The notes under the pieces are model-generated. The model ran no database searches, had not been told where the DNA came from, and saw only the letters and a program-made list of their open reading frames with translations. The translations under genes and the position numbers were made by a program. Shown one piece after another: positions 1 through 11,458 of a stretch of DNA of 64,000 bases (positions are counted from its first letter, which is position 1; the number at the start of each line of letters is the position of its first letter). Origin of the DNA: Lepidodermella squamata (Eukaryota > Animalia > Gastrotricha); NCBI GenBank assembly GCA_047495785.1, contig JBLDXI010000002.1, forward strand, positions 2,666,001-2,730,000. The letters run 5' to 3'.

Positions 1-428
1 CCACATCCCCGTAGTGAGCGGCCAGACCTAACGGGCGTCGTCCTGAAAAAGTATCTTCTATATTGACGTTGGCGCCATAAGTGATAAGTAGCTTGATCAT
101 TTCCTTCTTCTGATTGCACTGTGTAGCTCTCAGAAGAGCAGTTGCGCCTCTGATTCCATCTTGAGTGAAATCACCGCAGTAGTGGGTGTCTTTAGTGTCG
201 CGAGCGTTGATTTCAACTGCCCCTGAGCTAGCTAGCTCACGGACAGTGCTCAAATCTCCAGTGGCAGCCGCGTCTCCCAACATTTTCACTTGCTCCAAGA
301 CTCTATTTTCGGCCTACAAATCCGATGATTAAATAAAAACTCTTAAGTAATATTATTGATGAACCAACTTTTGCAAACACTACTAGAATTGATCTGCTGA
401 TGAGGGTAAGAATCACAGCGCGTAACAT
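1..428 (-). CDS. Ankyrin-repeat protein with N-terminal hydrophobic leader, paralog 1 (5' part; runs off window). Exons 428-369, 313-<1
   Basis: MLRAVILTLISRSILVVFAK | 55-nt GT-AG intron | AENRVLEQVKMLGDAAATGDLSTVRELASSGAVEINAR..CGDFT..GATALLRATQC..MIKLLITYGANVN..RPLGLAAHYGD. It is collinear with the gene at 1301-2482 and has the same phase-0 intron. Confidence 0.85.
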
Positions 429-1300
429 GGTGAGGCGTTCAGGCAGAAATAGTCATAGCAAACAGGTTTAAATTGCGTCTTGTCAGATTGCCAAGATAGA
501 TTGTTTGATTCGAGAAAAGTGCGATGCACGGGTAGATGGATAATGATATAACAACATTATGTCGTCATCGTTCGCTTCATCTCATACCACTATCTGGCCG
601 TCAGTTATTGAGTGCGCCATCGCCCGACACAAGTGCGGTCCAGAGCGAAGCCTCTATAAATTATATAAACCGATTGCCTCTCGTGAAAAAATGGCGATGA
701 AGAAAGGCAATTCAATACTTTTGGTAATTTTCGTAATTCGGCGAGAATTCCCTGTATAGAACGATTCGCTTGATATTATTTGCGCAGCAACTTATGCGGC
801 GCCCGATATGCATTGAGAGTCTTGGGGGGTCGTGGGTGCCTCATCCACTCATTTATTGCGTAAAAAATATCAACATCATTTTATACTGATAAAAAGACGA
901 TCAGAGAGAAAAATAACGCTAAAAATCGCAATTAGGTCTTCGTCGAACGATATCGCCCTAGGGATAACTTGAATTCGTCAGTCTAAAACCTTGCATCGAT
1001 TATTTTTTTTGCTATGCTCTTCGCATACTTCCCGCGATAATGATTATAATCACGGATGCTCCACAGTCAATATTATCTTAGGAACCCGATAAGATAATGT
1101 TAGAAATTTAATTGGGGCGGATCCCTTATACTTTCATCACTTCTTGAAAGGTAAGCAAAAACACTGCATATTACCGTGAATTTTTATTGCTAGCGCAATG
1201 TGCTTTGTAACAAGATGTAGTTATCGGCAAAAACTTGGCAACATATTGAAAAATACCAGCATGAGATTAATTGGGATGAGAAATTAAAAATGATCAGAAC

Positions 1301-2482
1301 TCAAAGCCCATAAACTGATAAAATAAAGATTGCAAAGGTAGTCGTAGAGGCTTGCTGGCAGATTTTATCTGCTGATGACGACATGAAATTCTGAGCTGTA
1401 TACCCACGGACCTGCAGCAATTCGACTATGTCGGTGAACTGCGAAGCCCGCGCAACGTCCATTGCGCTCTGTTTATACACGTCCATTGCTTGGATATTCG
1501 CTCCTTTTTCAAGCAACCAGCGAACCACGTTTGTATGACCCTTCTCCGCCGCCCAAATCAGCGGGGTTCGGCCGAACTGGACGTCTCTGGCTTCGAGATC
1601 AACGCCCATTTCGATGAACATCTTCGCCATGTCGATTTTCGATGAATATATCGCAGAAATCAGCGCTGTGAATCCATCCTCTGCCACGACGTTGACATTC
1701 GCTCCGTAACTTATCAAGAGGTCTGCTAATTCTGGCGTGTAAGCTGCCATCAGCGCAGTGTATCCGGTATTAGTGGTAGCGTCAACTTTCGCACCCTTCT
1801 GAAGCAAATACGTGGCGACGTTCGCTTGACTGTATTCCGCAGCTTCTATCAACGGAGTAGCTCCACTGCCACTCTTCATCTCAAGAGGGGCCCCTTTATC
1901 AAGCAGATACGTGACAATGTCAAGATGGCCTCTTGCTGCGGCGATGTGAAGAGCAGTCGAATTCTTCGACCCTTCACGGGCTTCAATATTCGCCCCGGCT
2001 TCAACAAGCAGTTTCACGGCTTCAAGATTGCCGTAATGAGTCGCGAAACCAAGCGGGTGAAGTTTCGCGTTGAGGTCTGCCATATTGACGTCTGCACCAT
2101 AGGTGATTAGTAACTTCACCATATCCGCATCTGCGTCGCACTGAAGAGCCCTTAGAAGGACTGTGGCTCCGATTATTGGTTCATGGGTAAAATCGCCGCA
2201 GGTGAATCCGTCTCGAATGGCCCTTGCATTGACATCGACTGCACCGCTGACGAGGTACTTCTTCACCTTGGCCTGGTCTCCTCTAACTGCAGCAGAGCCG
2301 AGTTGGCGAATTAACGCGAACGCATCTTCGTCATCAGCCTATTCAATTAAGAAGGATTAAATACTCATAATTTAAGGTTTGCTAATGTTGATTACCACAG
2401 AAGGGTGACACGGGCTGCAAGTGATGAGAATTGCGAAAAGGGTAATGGGCCAACAAGAAATCGCACCTGTTGTTAGGGGCAT
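1301..2482 (-). CDS. Ankyrin-repeat protein (~374 aa, ~9 repeats) with signal peptide and GPI-signal-like C-terminus. Exons 2482-2396, 2338-1301
   Basis: Exon 1 is MPLTTGAISCWPITLFAILITCSPCHPSV. Ankyrin motifs include TALHIAA, TPLIEAA, TALMAA, TPLIWAA and LL..GA.VN. The C-terminus is SSSADKICQQASTTTFAIFILSVYGL*. Confidence 0.9.
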
Positions 2483-3133
2483 TCGCAATCAGGCGTGAGT
2501 TGCGATGCGTATCCGAGTGTTAAAAACAATGATGAATATCATAAGCCAACAAATGAAAAAACGATTGGTGATTGGAATAAAAAGGCATTAGCTTGTTTAT
2601 TTGTGTATCTGTACATCGTCTTGAAAGGGGATGTATGCTGCCTCTGCGTGTGAGCAATCGGTGCAACGAGCGCGCTCTCGCAGTACAGTGATAATAAAAA
2701 CATTAAGAAGAAATACAGCAGAAATAATGCCGGTTGCAATAATCAGATGGTACATTCGTCTTAGCCATGCTTGAATGCGCGGGGCGCGTGAGTATAACAA
2801 CTCGGCTTCTCGGCTTCGGAGCCCATCTTTACATTATCATGATGATGCTGCTGCTGCTGTGTTAAATGGCATGCTTTTATTGCTGTGGAGTGATATTAGA
2901 TTTCATTTACAACCGTAATATATATCGGCAATTTTCATATTTTCGGGCCTGAATGCGCGTGAAATTGAGCTGCTGCGCGGTATTGTTTTTCCCGCTCGTC
3001 AAGTTCCCGGGATATTCTCAATTCACTGCGCCCGCCCCCATTTACGCGCTCTATAAGTTATTACCTGGTGTGCGAACTGATTGCCAAAAAACGTTACCTG
3101 AAACAATAACAACAGTAGTAATAGAACCACAGA

Positions 3134-4912
3134 ATAAGGCGTGGCATACTTCGCTCATTCGGGCTGCATTAGATGTTTGTGTGTCAATGCAGAAAACATA
3201 ATCGAAAGGTATACTCCGGCAATCAAAACAAAACAAAACAAACCTCTTGTCGTGTGACGCCTAAGCACGATTGCTCAAAGAGAAAGAGTTTTTGCAAAAA
3301 ACGTTGTTCTAGGTAGTAAGATGCGTGGTAGTTTTGCAGCCGATAGTACAATGGAAAAGGAGGTCATGCTTCAATTAAAATTGCTGTTGAAAGGCTTAGA
3401 GGCTGAAAGATTATTAGTTAAAGTAATCGTGTTTTTTCTTCCTATTCTCATGGTCAATTCAATGAAATCCAGCGTGATCTATATTCTCCTGATCCATATT
3501 ACAGGCAATTTGAATCGGAGTAATACGGAGTAATTCCTGAAATATGTTGCATATATTTTTCAGCGGCAAATGCAAATGCGCAAAGTGCCGTACTCTACAA
3601 AGCTGATGTTACAAGTGGTGGCCTAGACGTAATATGAGATGAGCAGAAAATTTTATTGCTAATAAATATCATGGAATATAGCATCCATCGGCTTATCTCG
3701 TTGATGTGGCCTTCGGCACACCTCCACAAACCTTCCGCCTGATGGTAGACTCAGGATCGAAGGCACTGCAGGTTGCAAGTTCTCGTTTCGCCCAATTCCT
3801 AGCCAACGGGATCGGAGGATTTGACGAAGAACAGTCTTCCTCATGGATTAACGCCACCAGATCCGGAGCGATTCGGGCGAGCGAATTCGTCTACGGCAGT
3901 GCCACTTTATCGTGCACATTTGGCTACGACAACGTTTATTTAAGCAATATTAAGGTGTCAAATACAACGATTGCTGTCACATATGCATGCCCATCGGGCA
4001 ATCCACCTAAGGGTCACTCTGGTGTCATAGGTATAGGGTGGCAGGACTATTTAGGAGGGTGCACAAGAACCTCGCCTTCTTGTATTTCGCCAGCCATTAT
4101 GCGGACGGCAGTTTCAAGAGGTAACCAACCTCTGTGGGGTATTTACCTCACAGCTAACTCTGATTTCACTTCTGGTGGCCTGAATGTTGGAGTTATCGAT
4201 TCAGCGCAATATTCGGGAAGGTTAGTCTACACTCCTTTGACTCAGAAGGGGATTCGCGATTCCACATGGTATGTGAATCTGAAAGAAATTTCAGTAAGTT
4301 GGGATTACTTGCGCATTTTAAAACATACTAATACCTAACGCTACTATAAAGGTTGGTGGAACTCCAACAGCTTGTCAAGGAGGGCGCTGCTTTCTGCTTC
4401 CCGATACAGGCACCACTGGCGCGATTCACTTCCCTTCGTTAGATGTCGTTACTGCTATCGCAGCAGCTCTCGGTGCAACAAAAGCTTGTGCAGATTGCCA
4501 AGATACTGCAGACTCTTGGAATGGCACTAACTGGGGTTGGCCATGTGGTGCATCTCTCGCAGCATCTCTTCCTAGTTTTTCGCTAGATTTCGATGGTGGA
4601 CGTATGGTCATCCCGCCGACAATCTACCTCGGATCTCACCAAGCTACGAAGTCTCATCATGGGTGGTGTTCATTAGGGCGGGGTATTTTTAGAATGACTC
4701 GAAACGCAGACAATCGAGTTGTAGCTGGCAAGCCCATCATTGAGCGCTATTACAACGTTTTTGATTTCGGCAATATGCGGTATGGCTTTGCTCCGGTAAT
4801 TGGCCTGCCTGCAAATCTCGCTTGATATCGATGAAACAATAACAACAGTAATAATAGAACCTTGGATGTTTGGGTGTTTGTATGCGGAAAATAAAAGCCA
4901 AAGGTATCTATA
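3134..4912 (+). repeat. Segmental duplication unit (upstream region + protease copy 1), near-identical to ~9412-11182
   Basis: Long near-identical stretches at offset 6284, including the upstream region and introns 1-2. The motif AACAATAACAACAGT(A/G)TAATAGAACC occurs at both ~3101 and ~4835. Confidence 0.9.
3462..4825 (+). CDS. Secreted pepsin-family (A1) aspartic protease, copy 1. Exons 3462-3504, 3564-3628, 3682-4293, 4352-4825 (alternative ATG 3450)
   Basis: Signal MKSSVIYILLIHITAANANA; FGTPPQTF..MVDSGS; flap VYGSA; GVIGIG; LPDTGT; YYNVFDFGNMRYGFAP. Confidence 0.92.
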
Positions 4913-4959
4913 TCGCGTTCGTGTCGCGGAAGAACCAGCACTTTGCTTATTTTTTTTGT

Positions 4960-5231
4960 TCAGCAGTACTGAAATGTACAGTCCATGGCTCTGTAAAACA
5001 GCAGTACTGCTCAAACGGACTGTAAAATCAAGTACGGCCGGTGCCCTGTACTCGCTGTACAGCTGAAATTAGCTGTAGACCCCAGTACAGAACGCTTGAC
5101 CGTACTGCTGAGTACTGTAGAGCTCGGGCTGTACACATGCGTACGGTTCAATTACTGTACTTATAGTACAGGAGAGAAGTTACTGTACCTGCGATATATA
5201 CAGAAGACGATGCTGTACTTTAAGTACAGTA
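4960..5231. repeat. Dense cluster of short GTAC-core repeats (CAGTAC/CTGTAC/GTACAG, both orientations)
   Basis: Many CAGTACTG/CTGTAC/GTACAG motifs within ~270 bp, irregularly spaced. Confidence 0.7.
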
Positions 5232-5425
5232 CAGTAAAAGTTGTGTAAACCGGAGTCGTCTAAACCGGAATTCCTCTGAACCGGACGGATTTCAGTGGCT
5301 CTTGCAGAAAGTGTGCACTTTACATTATAGATTTGTCGTCTAAACCGGACTCTGTAAACCGGAATTTTCCTAATTCGGAGCGATTTTAGACGTGGGAAGG
5401 TTAAAAAGTCCGGTTTAGACCGTTT
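5230..5425. mobile_element. Probable end of a non-autonomous DNA transposon (TA+CAGT start; repeated (T)AAACCGGA subterminal motifs)
   Basis: TACAGTAAAAG..GTAAACCGGA start, about five AAACCGGA-like copies and one inverted copy (TCCGGTTTA ~5409). The other end was not found. Confidence 0.4.
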
Positions 5426-5624
5426 CCCCTCGTTTTTCGTCATTTTCAAAGTGTTTGGAACCCAGTTTTTCCGAGGCGTAAACTTTGGTGTTGCTAAGCT
5501 TGGATAATCAACTGCCACCTCCGCTTATGATAGGTATACGATGACGATTCCTCCTCAACTACTTTTTTGTGAATAATTTTGGGAACCACATTTGCATTGG
5601 ATAGATACTGAGAGTGCTATACGA

Positions 5625-6510
5625 TATTTATTTTATTTATTTATTTATTTATTTAGAAGCTATTACACCCAAAGAGGGAAGCTTGACAAAGTATAAGGAA
5701 AACAACATATAATAGCAGGACAGGATCACATTTAGGACAGGAAAGGTGTTGTAGAAGAAACAAAGTTATTGAATTAGGATTAGAAATACACGTCAATGTG
5801 TATATATAATAGTGATAGGTAATAGTAAAAATCGCAACAATTTCGGCATTTCAGCAGTATAAAAATAAAGTGTATTCAATCAGGTCCATTTCAGTATCAG
5901 GAATTAAAGTATATAAATCACAACAAAGTGTATCAAAATTAAATCAGAACAAAAATGATGATCACTGGGATAATTTAGCGGCATTCATTCCGTAGTAGTA
6001 CTGGTAAACTACCTCGCGAAAATTCTCGGCCGTTTCAGATTGCTGTGCCTCAAGAGGAAGTTGGTTCCATACTCGATAACTTAGACTCAAAGTACCGCGC
6101 AGAGAATCGTAAGTCGGTTTGAACATTGGTTCGAAGTTGCGCATGTCGTATTGGGTCGGTTCGTTTAGTTTGAATATTGCCTGCATCGCTGTTGGCGCTT
6201 GTCCGTTAACACATTTCCAGACGAAAGTCGCCAGATGAATCGCGTGCTTTTGGTGCACCGTTACCCATCCGAGGCGATGCCGAAGCGGTTCAGGATCCGC
6301 GAGTTGGTTGGCACCACAAATAATCTTCACCGCTTTGTCCTGGGTCGACTGAAGTCTGCTAAGCGTTGTTGGCACAGCCTGGCCTAGTGTAATATCGTGG
6401 TAGTTCAAATGGCTGAACACCAAGCCATTCGCCATCATTATCGCCGTCCTCCTGTCAACAAATTTTGCAGCCAGCTTTAAAGCAAACAAGCCTTTTCGGG
6501 CTTTACTTTT
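5625..6510 (-). mobile_element. 5'-truncated non-LTR retrotransposon (CR1/L2-group-like): ORF2 C-terminus, 3' UTR and (TAAA)n tail
   Basis: ORF 6489-5962 reads LVFSHLNY..LSRLQSTQDKAVKII..LGWVTV..LATFVWKCVNGQAP..VWNQLP, typical of the post-RT region of LINE ORF2. The (TTTA)n tract at ~5625-5655 is the tail on the minus strand. Confidence 0.85.
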
Positions 6511-7479
6511 GGCGCCGGCGATATCAAAAGATCTAATTGATCAGTGAATACCTAAATCAAGGTAATAGATTGGGAATTTTGGGAGTTTCAGGAGCTTTCG
6601 CGAAGTTCATTAAAATGAAAAAATGCCGGTTAAAACGTTGGACGAACCAAGCCGAAACATGTTGCGAACCAAGCCGAAACATGTATATGGTGCGTGCCGT
6701 ATTCTTTGGTACTGTTCATTTATCTTGATCATGATTCCAGTTTTCAGATATACGTACTTAGTTATTGATGATCACTGCAGTAAGGGGCTTAGACTTTTTA
6801 GCGGATGCTACCAATGATTTTCGATTCAAATTTTTACTCACTATTAAATTCCGATTATTTGTTGAGATTTTTCGTCATTAAGTGCACTAATCGTTCTTTA
6901 TCCACCTTAATCCACTTGAACAAACTCTTCACGCCTGTATTCACAGGTGGAAGCATAGACAACACTGTAACAGATAGGAAACTAACGATCTTTCCATAGT
7001 GAATTTATTCGAGCTGTTATTGCAAAAAGGGCGGCACGCGACCACTTTTTATGCCACCCAACGCCCTATCCGCCCATTATAATTGTAATTAATTTCAAAA
7101 ATTAAAAAAGCGGCTGGTACCTCTTTCGAAAATTTTGATTTTCTGCTCATAAATACTAGAAGCGGCCCTCTATCTAATGATACCAGGCACACCTAGTGTT
7201 CCCTTATAGATAATTTTCTAAAATTCGCCAAAAAATGCTATATCCGGTGTTTTTGGGCAAAATTGCAGATTCAGCAAAACATCTACGCCAGCGAGGTGCT
7301 CGTTGTTCAAGCAGCTATTTCGCTCTTTTACCCGATTTTTACCCGATTGCAGCAGTGTTCGTCGCGAAAAACGGCCACACGCTCTTACTCGCTCTCTTGG
7401 AAGAGGTCTGCTCTAAGCTCCAAGAAATCGGCACTCGAATTCATGCCAGTGTTCGACAACTTTTCTGCCAACATAACTA

Positions 7480-7920
7480 CGGCTACTAAGCTTGCTGTGA
7501 AAGTTAATGGTAATTATACGATTTCGCGCGTGGGACAAGTGGAGCTCTCCGTTCCCATGCACATAATTCCCGATATGTGCCATGACGTCAAGCTGATGCG
7601 AACTCACCTTGCATCGGCTGACAAGGCTATTTTCCGCAATATTGATGGCTCTGAATATGTTTTTTACTAAGGTAACGTTATTCAGCTGATCGAATGTCAG
7701 GAATTGATAGAACTCCGAGCAGCTAATAAACTTAAGCAAGATCATGCGGATTTCCATTACAATCCCATGAGCTGTCGATTGGCTTTCCAGGTTTTTTCGC
7801 GAAGTTGTAGCTTGAAAGCTGCTCATCAGTTGGGTGTTTTGGAACGGGATCCCACCGGCACGGCTGTTTTTTGCTCAATATTGGACGAGGCGATTGACTG
7901 CAAGCGACTGATGAATTACG
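7480..7920 (+). pseudogene. Degraded P-element/THAP9-superfamily transposase fragment
   Basis: IIPDMCHDVKLMRTHL (DxxH motif), then in the same frame across one TAA (7668-7670, where Trp is usual) LRAANKLKQDHADFHYNPMSCRLAFQVFSRS, matching the KL...H.....M.v.LA.Q.FS motif. Confidence 0.75.
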
Positions 7921-9745
7921 AATCGTGGTTTGATTTTGTCCTGTGCGTTACTTCTCTATTGTCGGCGATGGTAGTGACATTGAGCGAGCACTAATTGATG
8001 CAAAGCAACTCGAAAAAGAGCCTGTGAATACCTTCCGAAGCATTAGTTTCGCTCGTTAGTTTCCAAGATGATGCTGGTGTGACACACGGCTCGCGTCTGA
8101 TTGTGACTTGTGTTTACGAAGCGGCCAAAACCTTCGTCTGCCACTATGCCAAATTGACGAATCCAACTCACCACCAGTCAAAAAAGCCAAAAAGGCGCCT
8201 CACTTTCAGGGGCTTTGATCTTGACTTTGATCGCGATGCCTTTTTGTTTTCAGGGTTGAATATCTCTGGAATGATAGCTAATAAGCGATCGGGGTTTAGT
8301 TTGTTGGAATCGCAATTAATTGCCGAATGAAACCATTATCAACTTGAAAATGAAGAGTTATTGTTGCCGAGTTGCCAAAAATGTAAACCACGATGTGTAG
8401 GATAAAAAACGAGTTTTCGAGTAACTAGTTAAAAGTTGAAATTAAAAAACTGAAAGACTTTTTTCAGAAAGTTTTCGCATTGAGTTTCCTCTCTGATTAA
8501 TCTGATCTCTATGAACAATAACAACACTAGTAACAGAGCCACGGTATTACCGCTGTCGGCTTGCGGCCTTTGACAGTTGACGGGGAACTCCGTGACTTTG
8601 TCAAGCACGCGGGCGCGTCTGACTTTAAACATGCCTAACCTACGTATAACTTGTTCGTGCACACCCTTGATGCTTGACTTGGCATTAAGGTCCATATAAC
8701 GCATCTTATCAAAAGTTACGTAGTAGCCTGGGCTATTATTAGAGATGGGCTTGCAAGTCAATGTATCGTTGCTCAGGGGGCTTCAATTTAAGATGAGCTA
8801 CAAATCACGAATGTGCTAGTATTTGAACATTTACGTGTTAGTTACATTTGCTTATTCGGTAAAAATAGAGCGCATACGTAGCGTAAGGTTTTTTACCAAA
8901 CGTGAGCGGGTCAGGGGCCAGGGAATGTGCTGCTACCGCTAGTCGCAGGCCAATCGCAGGCCAAAAGTTGCCATGTCGACCATGCTAAAAAACAGTACTA
9001 ATTGCATGTGCACGGGAGACTTTTCATAGGAGGATTGAAAACAGGTGATAGACGACTGATGACGCCATGTCACAAGAGTTAGCATGTTGTGCGCCGAAGT
9101 CGTGCGCATAACTGCACGCAGCATGCAGTGGCAGCACTGCAAATTATTTAAGGGCACACCTTCATCCTGCTGAAAATGGGGTTTATTTTGTTATCACTCC
9201 CTACTAATGCTTTTTGACGATCGGGGACCGACTGAACGACTCGCGAAAACGTGAGTTCCCCGTCACTCTCATTTTTTATTGATACTCTTTACACAGACAC
9301 AGACACAGACACACACACACACGAACATTTTTTAAGCTTACTGCACATCCTCCTTGACGACCAACAGACGGACAGGCCGAACACGCCCTACGACAACGGG
9401 AGTTCCCCGTCATAAGGTGTGGCATACTTCGCTCACTCGGGCTTCGTTTGATGTTTGTGCGTGAATGTGGCAAACATAATCGAAAGGTATACGGTTACTC
9501 CGGCAATCAAAACAAAACAAAACAAACCTCTTGTCGTGTGACGCCTAAGCACGATTGCTCAAAGAGAAAGAGTTTTTGCAAAAAACGTTGTTCTAGGTAG
9601 TAAGATGCGTGGTAGTTTTGCAGCCGATAGTACAATGGAAAAGGAGGTCATGCATCAATTAAAATTGCTGTTGAAAGGCTTAGAGGCTGAAAGATTATTA
9701 GTTAAAGTAATCGTGTTTTTTCTTCCTATTCTCATGGTCAATTCA

Positions 9746-11110
9746 ATGAAATCCAGCGTGATCTATATTCTCCTGATCCATATTACAGGCAATTTGAATC
9801 GGAGTAATACGGAGTAATTCCTGAAATATGTTGCATATATTTTTCAGCGGCAAATGCAAATGCGCAAAGTGCCGTACTCTACAAAGCTGATGTTACAAGT
9901 GGTGGCCTAGACGTAATATGAGATGAGCAGAAAATTTTATTGCTAATAAATATCATGGAATATAGCATCCATCGGCTTATCTCGTTGATGTGGCCTTCGG
10001 CACACCTCCACAAACCTTCCGCCTGATGGTAGACTCAGGATCGAAGGCACTGCAGGTTGCAAGTTCTCGTTTCGCCCAATTCCTAGCCAACGGGATCGGA
10101 GGCTTTGACGAAGAACAGTCTTCCTCATGGATTAACGCCACCAGATCCGGAGCGATTCGGGCGAGCGAACTCGTCTACGGCAGCGCTACTCTATCATGCA
10201 CATTCGGCTACGACAACGTTTATTTAGGCAATTTTAAGGTGCCAAATACAACGATTGCTGTCACATATGCATGCCCATCGGGCAATCCACCTAAGGGTCA
10301 CTCTGGTGTCATAGGTTTAGGGTGGCAGGAATATTTAGGAGGGTGCACAAGAACCTCGCCTTCTTGTATTTCGCCAGCCCTTATGCGAACGGCAGTTTCA
10401 AGGTATAACCAACCTCTGTGGAGTATTTACCTCACAGCTAACTCTGATTTCACTTCTGGTGGCCTGAATGTTGGAGGTATTGATGCATCGCAATACACAG
10501 GACCTTTGCTCTTCACTCCTTTGACTCAGAAGGGGATCCGCGATTCCACATGGTATGTGAATATGAAAGAAATTTCAGTAAGTTGGGATTACTTGCGTAT
10601 CTTATGATCTTAATAATGCTACTATGTATATAGGTTGTTGGAACTCCAACAGCTTGTCTAAAAGGGACTTGCTATCTGCTTCCCGATACAGGCACCACTG
10701 GCGCGATTCACTTCCCTTCGTTATCTGTCGTCAATGCTATCGCAGCAGCTCTCGGTGCAACAAAAGCTTGTGCAGATTGCCAAGATACTGCAGACTCTTG
10801 GAATGGCACTAACTGGGGTTGGCCATGTGGTGCATCTCTCGCAGCATCTCTTCCTAGTTTTTCGCTAGATTTCGATAGTGGACGTATGGTCATCCCGCCG
10901 ACAGTCTACCTCGGATCTCACCAAGCTACGAAGTCTCATCATGGGTGGTGTTCGTTAGGGCGGGGTATTTTTAGAATGACTCGAAACGCAGAAAATCGAG
11001 TTGTAGCTGGCAAGCCCATCATTGAGCGCTATTACAACGTTTTTGATTTCGGCAATATGCGGTATGGCTTTGCTCCGGTAACTGGCCTGCCTGCAAATCT
11101 TGCTTGGTAA
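9746..11110 (+). CDS. Secreted pepsin-family aspartic protease, copy 2 (4 exons; alternative ATG 9734)
   Basis: Near-identical to copy 1; DSG and DTG motifs intact; ends NLAW*. Confidence 0.92.
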
Positions 11111-11458
11111 CAACATTAGTAATAGAAACTTTGCTGTTTGGGTGTTTGTATGCGGAAAATAAAAGCCAAAGGTATCTATATATTCCGGCAATCAAAACGA
11201 AGCACAACAAACTTCCGGCAATTTAGCCGTTTCCTCAAATTTAACAATATTGTCGTGTGAGGCGTGCGCACGATTCCTAAATGGGAACGATTTTTTTTCA
11301 AAAAACGTTGTTTCGAGACGCGTGGTTGTTTTGTACACAATGTATACGCTGGAGAGGGAGGTCATGCATCCAATTAATATTTTTGCTGAAAAGCTGAGGC
11401 TGAATGATTACTATTTGAAGTAACATTGGTGTTTCTTCTCATTCTCATGGTCAGCTTA

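Noticed and set aside
1301-2266. Ankyrin ORF as bacterial endosymbiont contamination
   Set aside because: Both paralogs have a spliceosomal intron after a leader exon and sit among intron-containing metazoan genes.
3321-3533. 70-aa ORF duplicated at 9605-9817 as a separate conserved small gene
   Set aside because: It is upstream sequence read into protease exon 1 and intron 1; the conservation reflects the recent duplication and it is not kept in copy 3.
4960-5425. Short repeated motifs as a CRISPR-like array
   Set aside because: The repeats are 6-10 bp, irregularly spaced and in both orientations, with no constant repeat-spacer period; the context is eukaryotic transposon debris.
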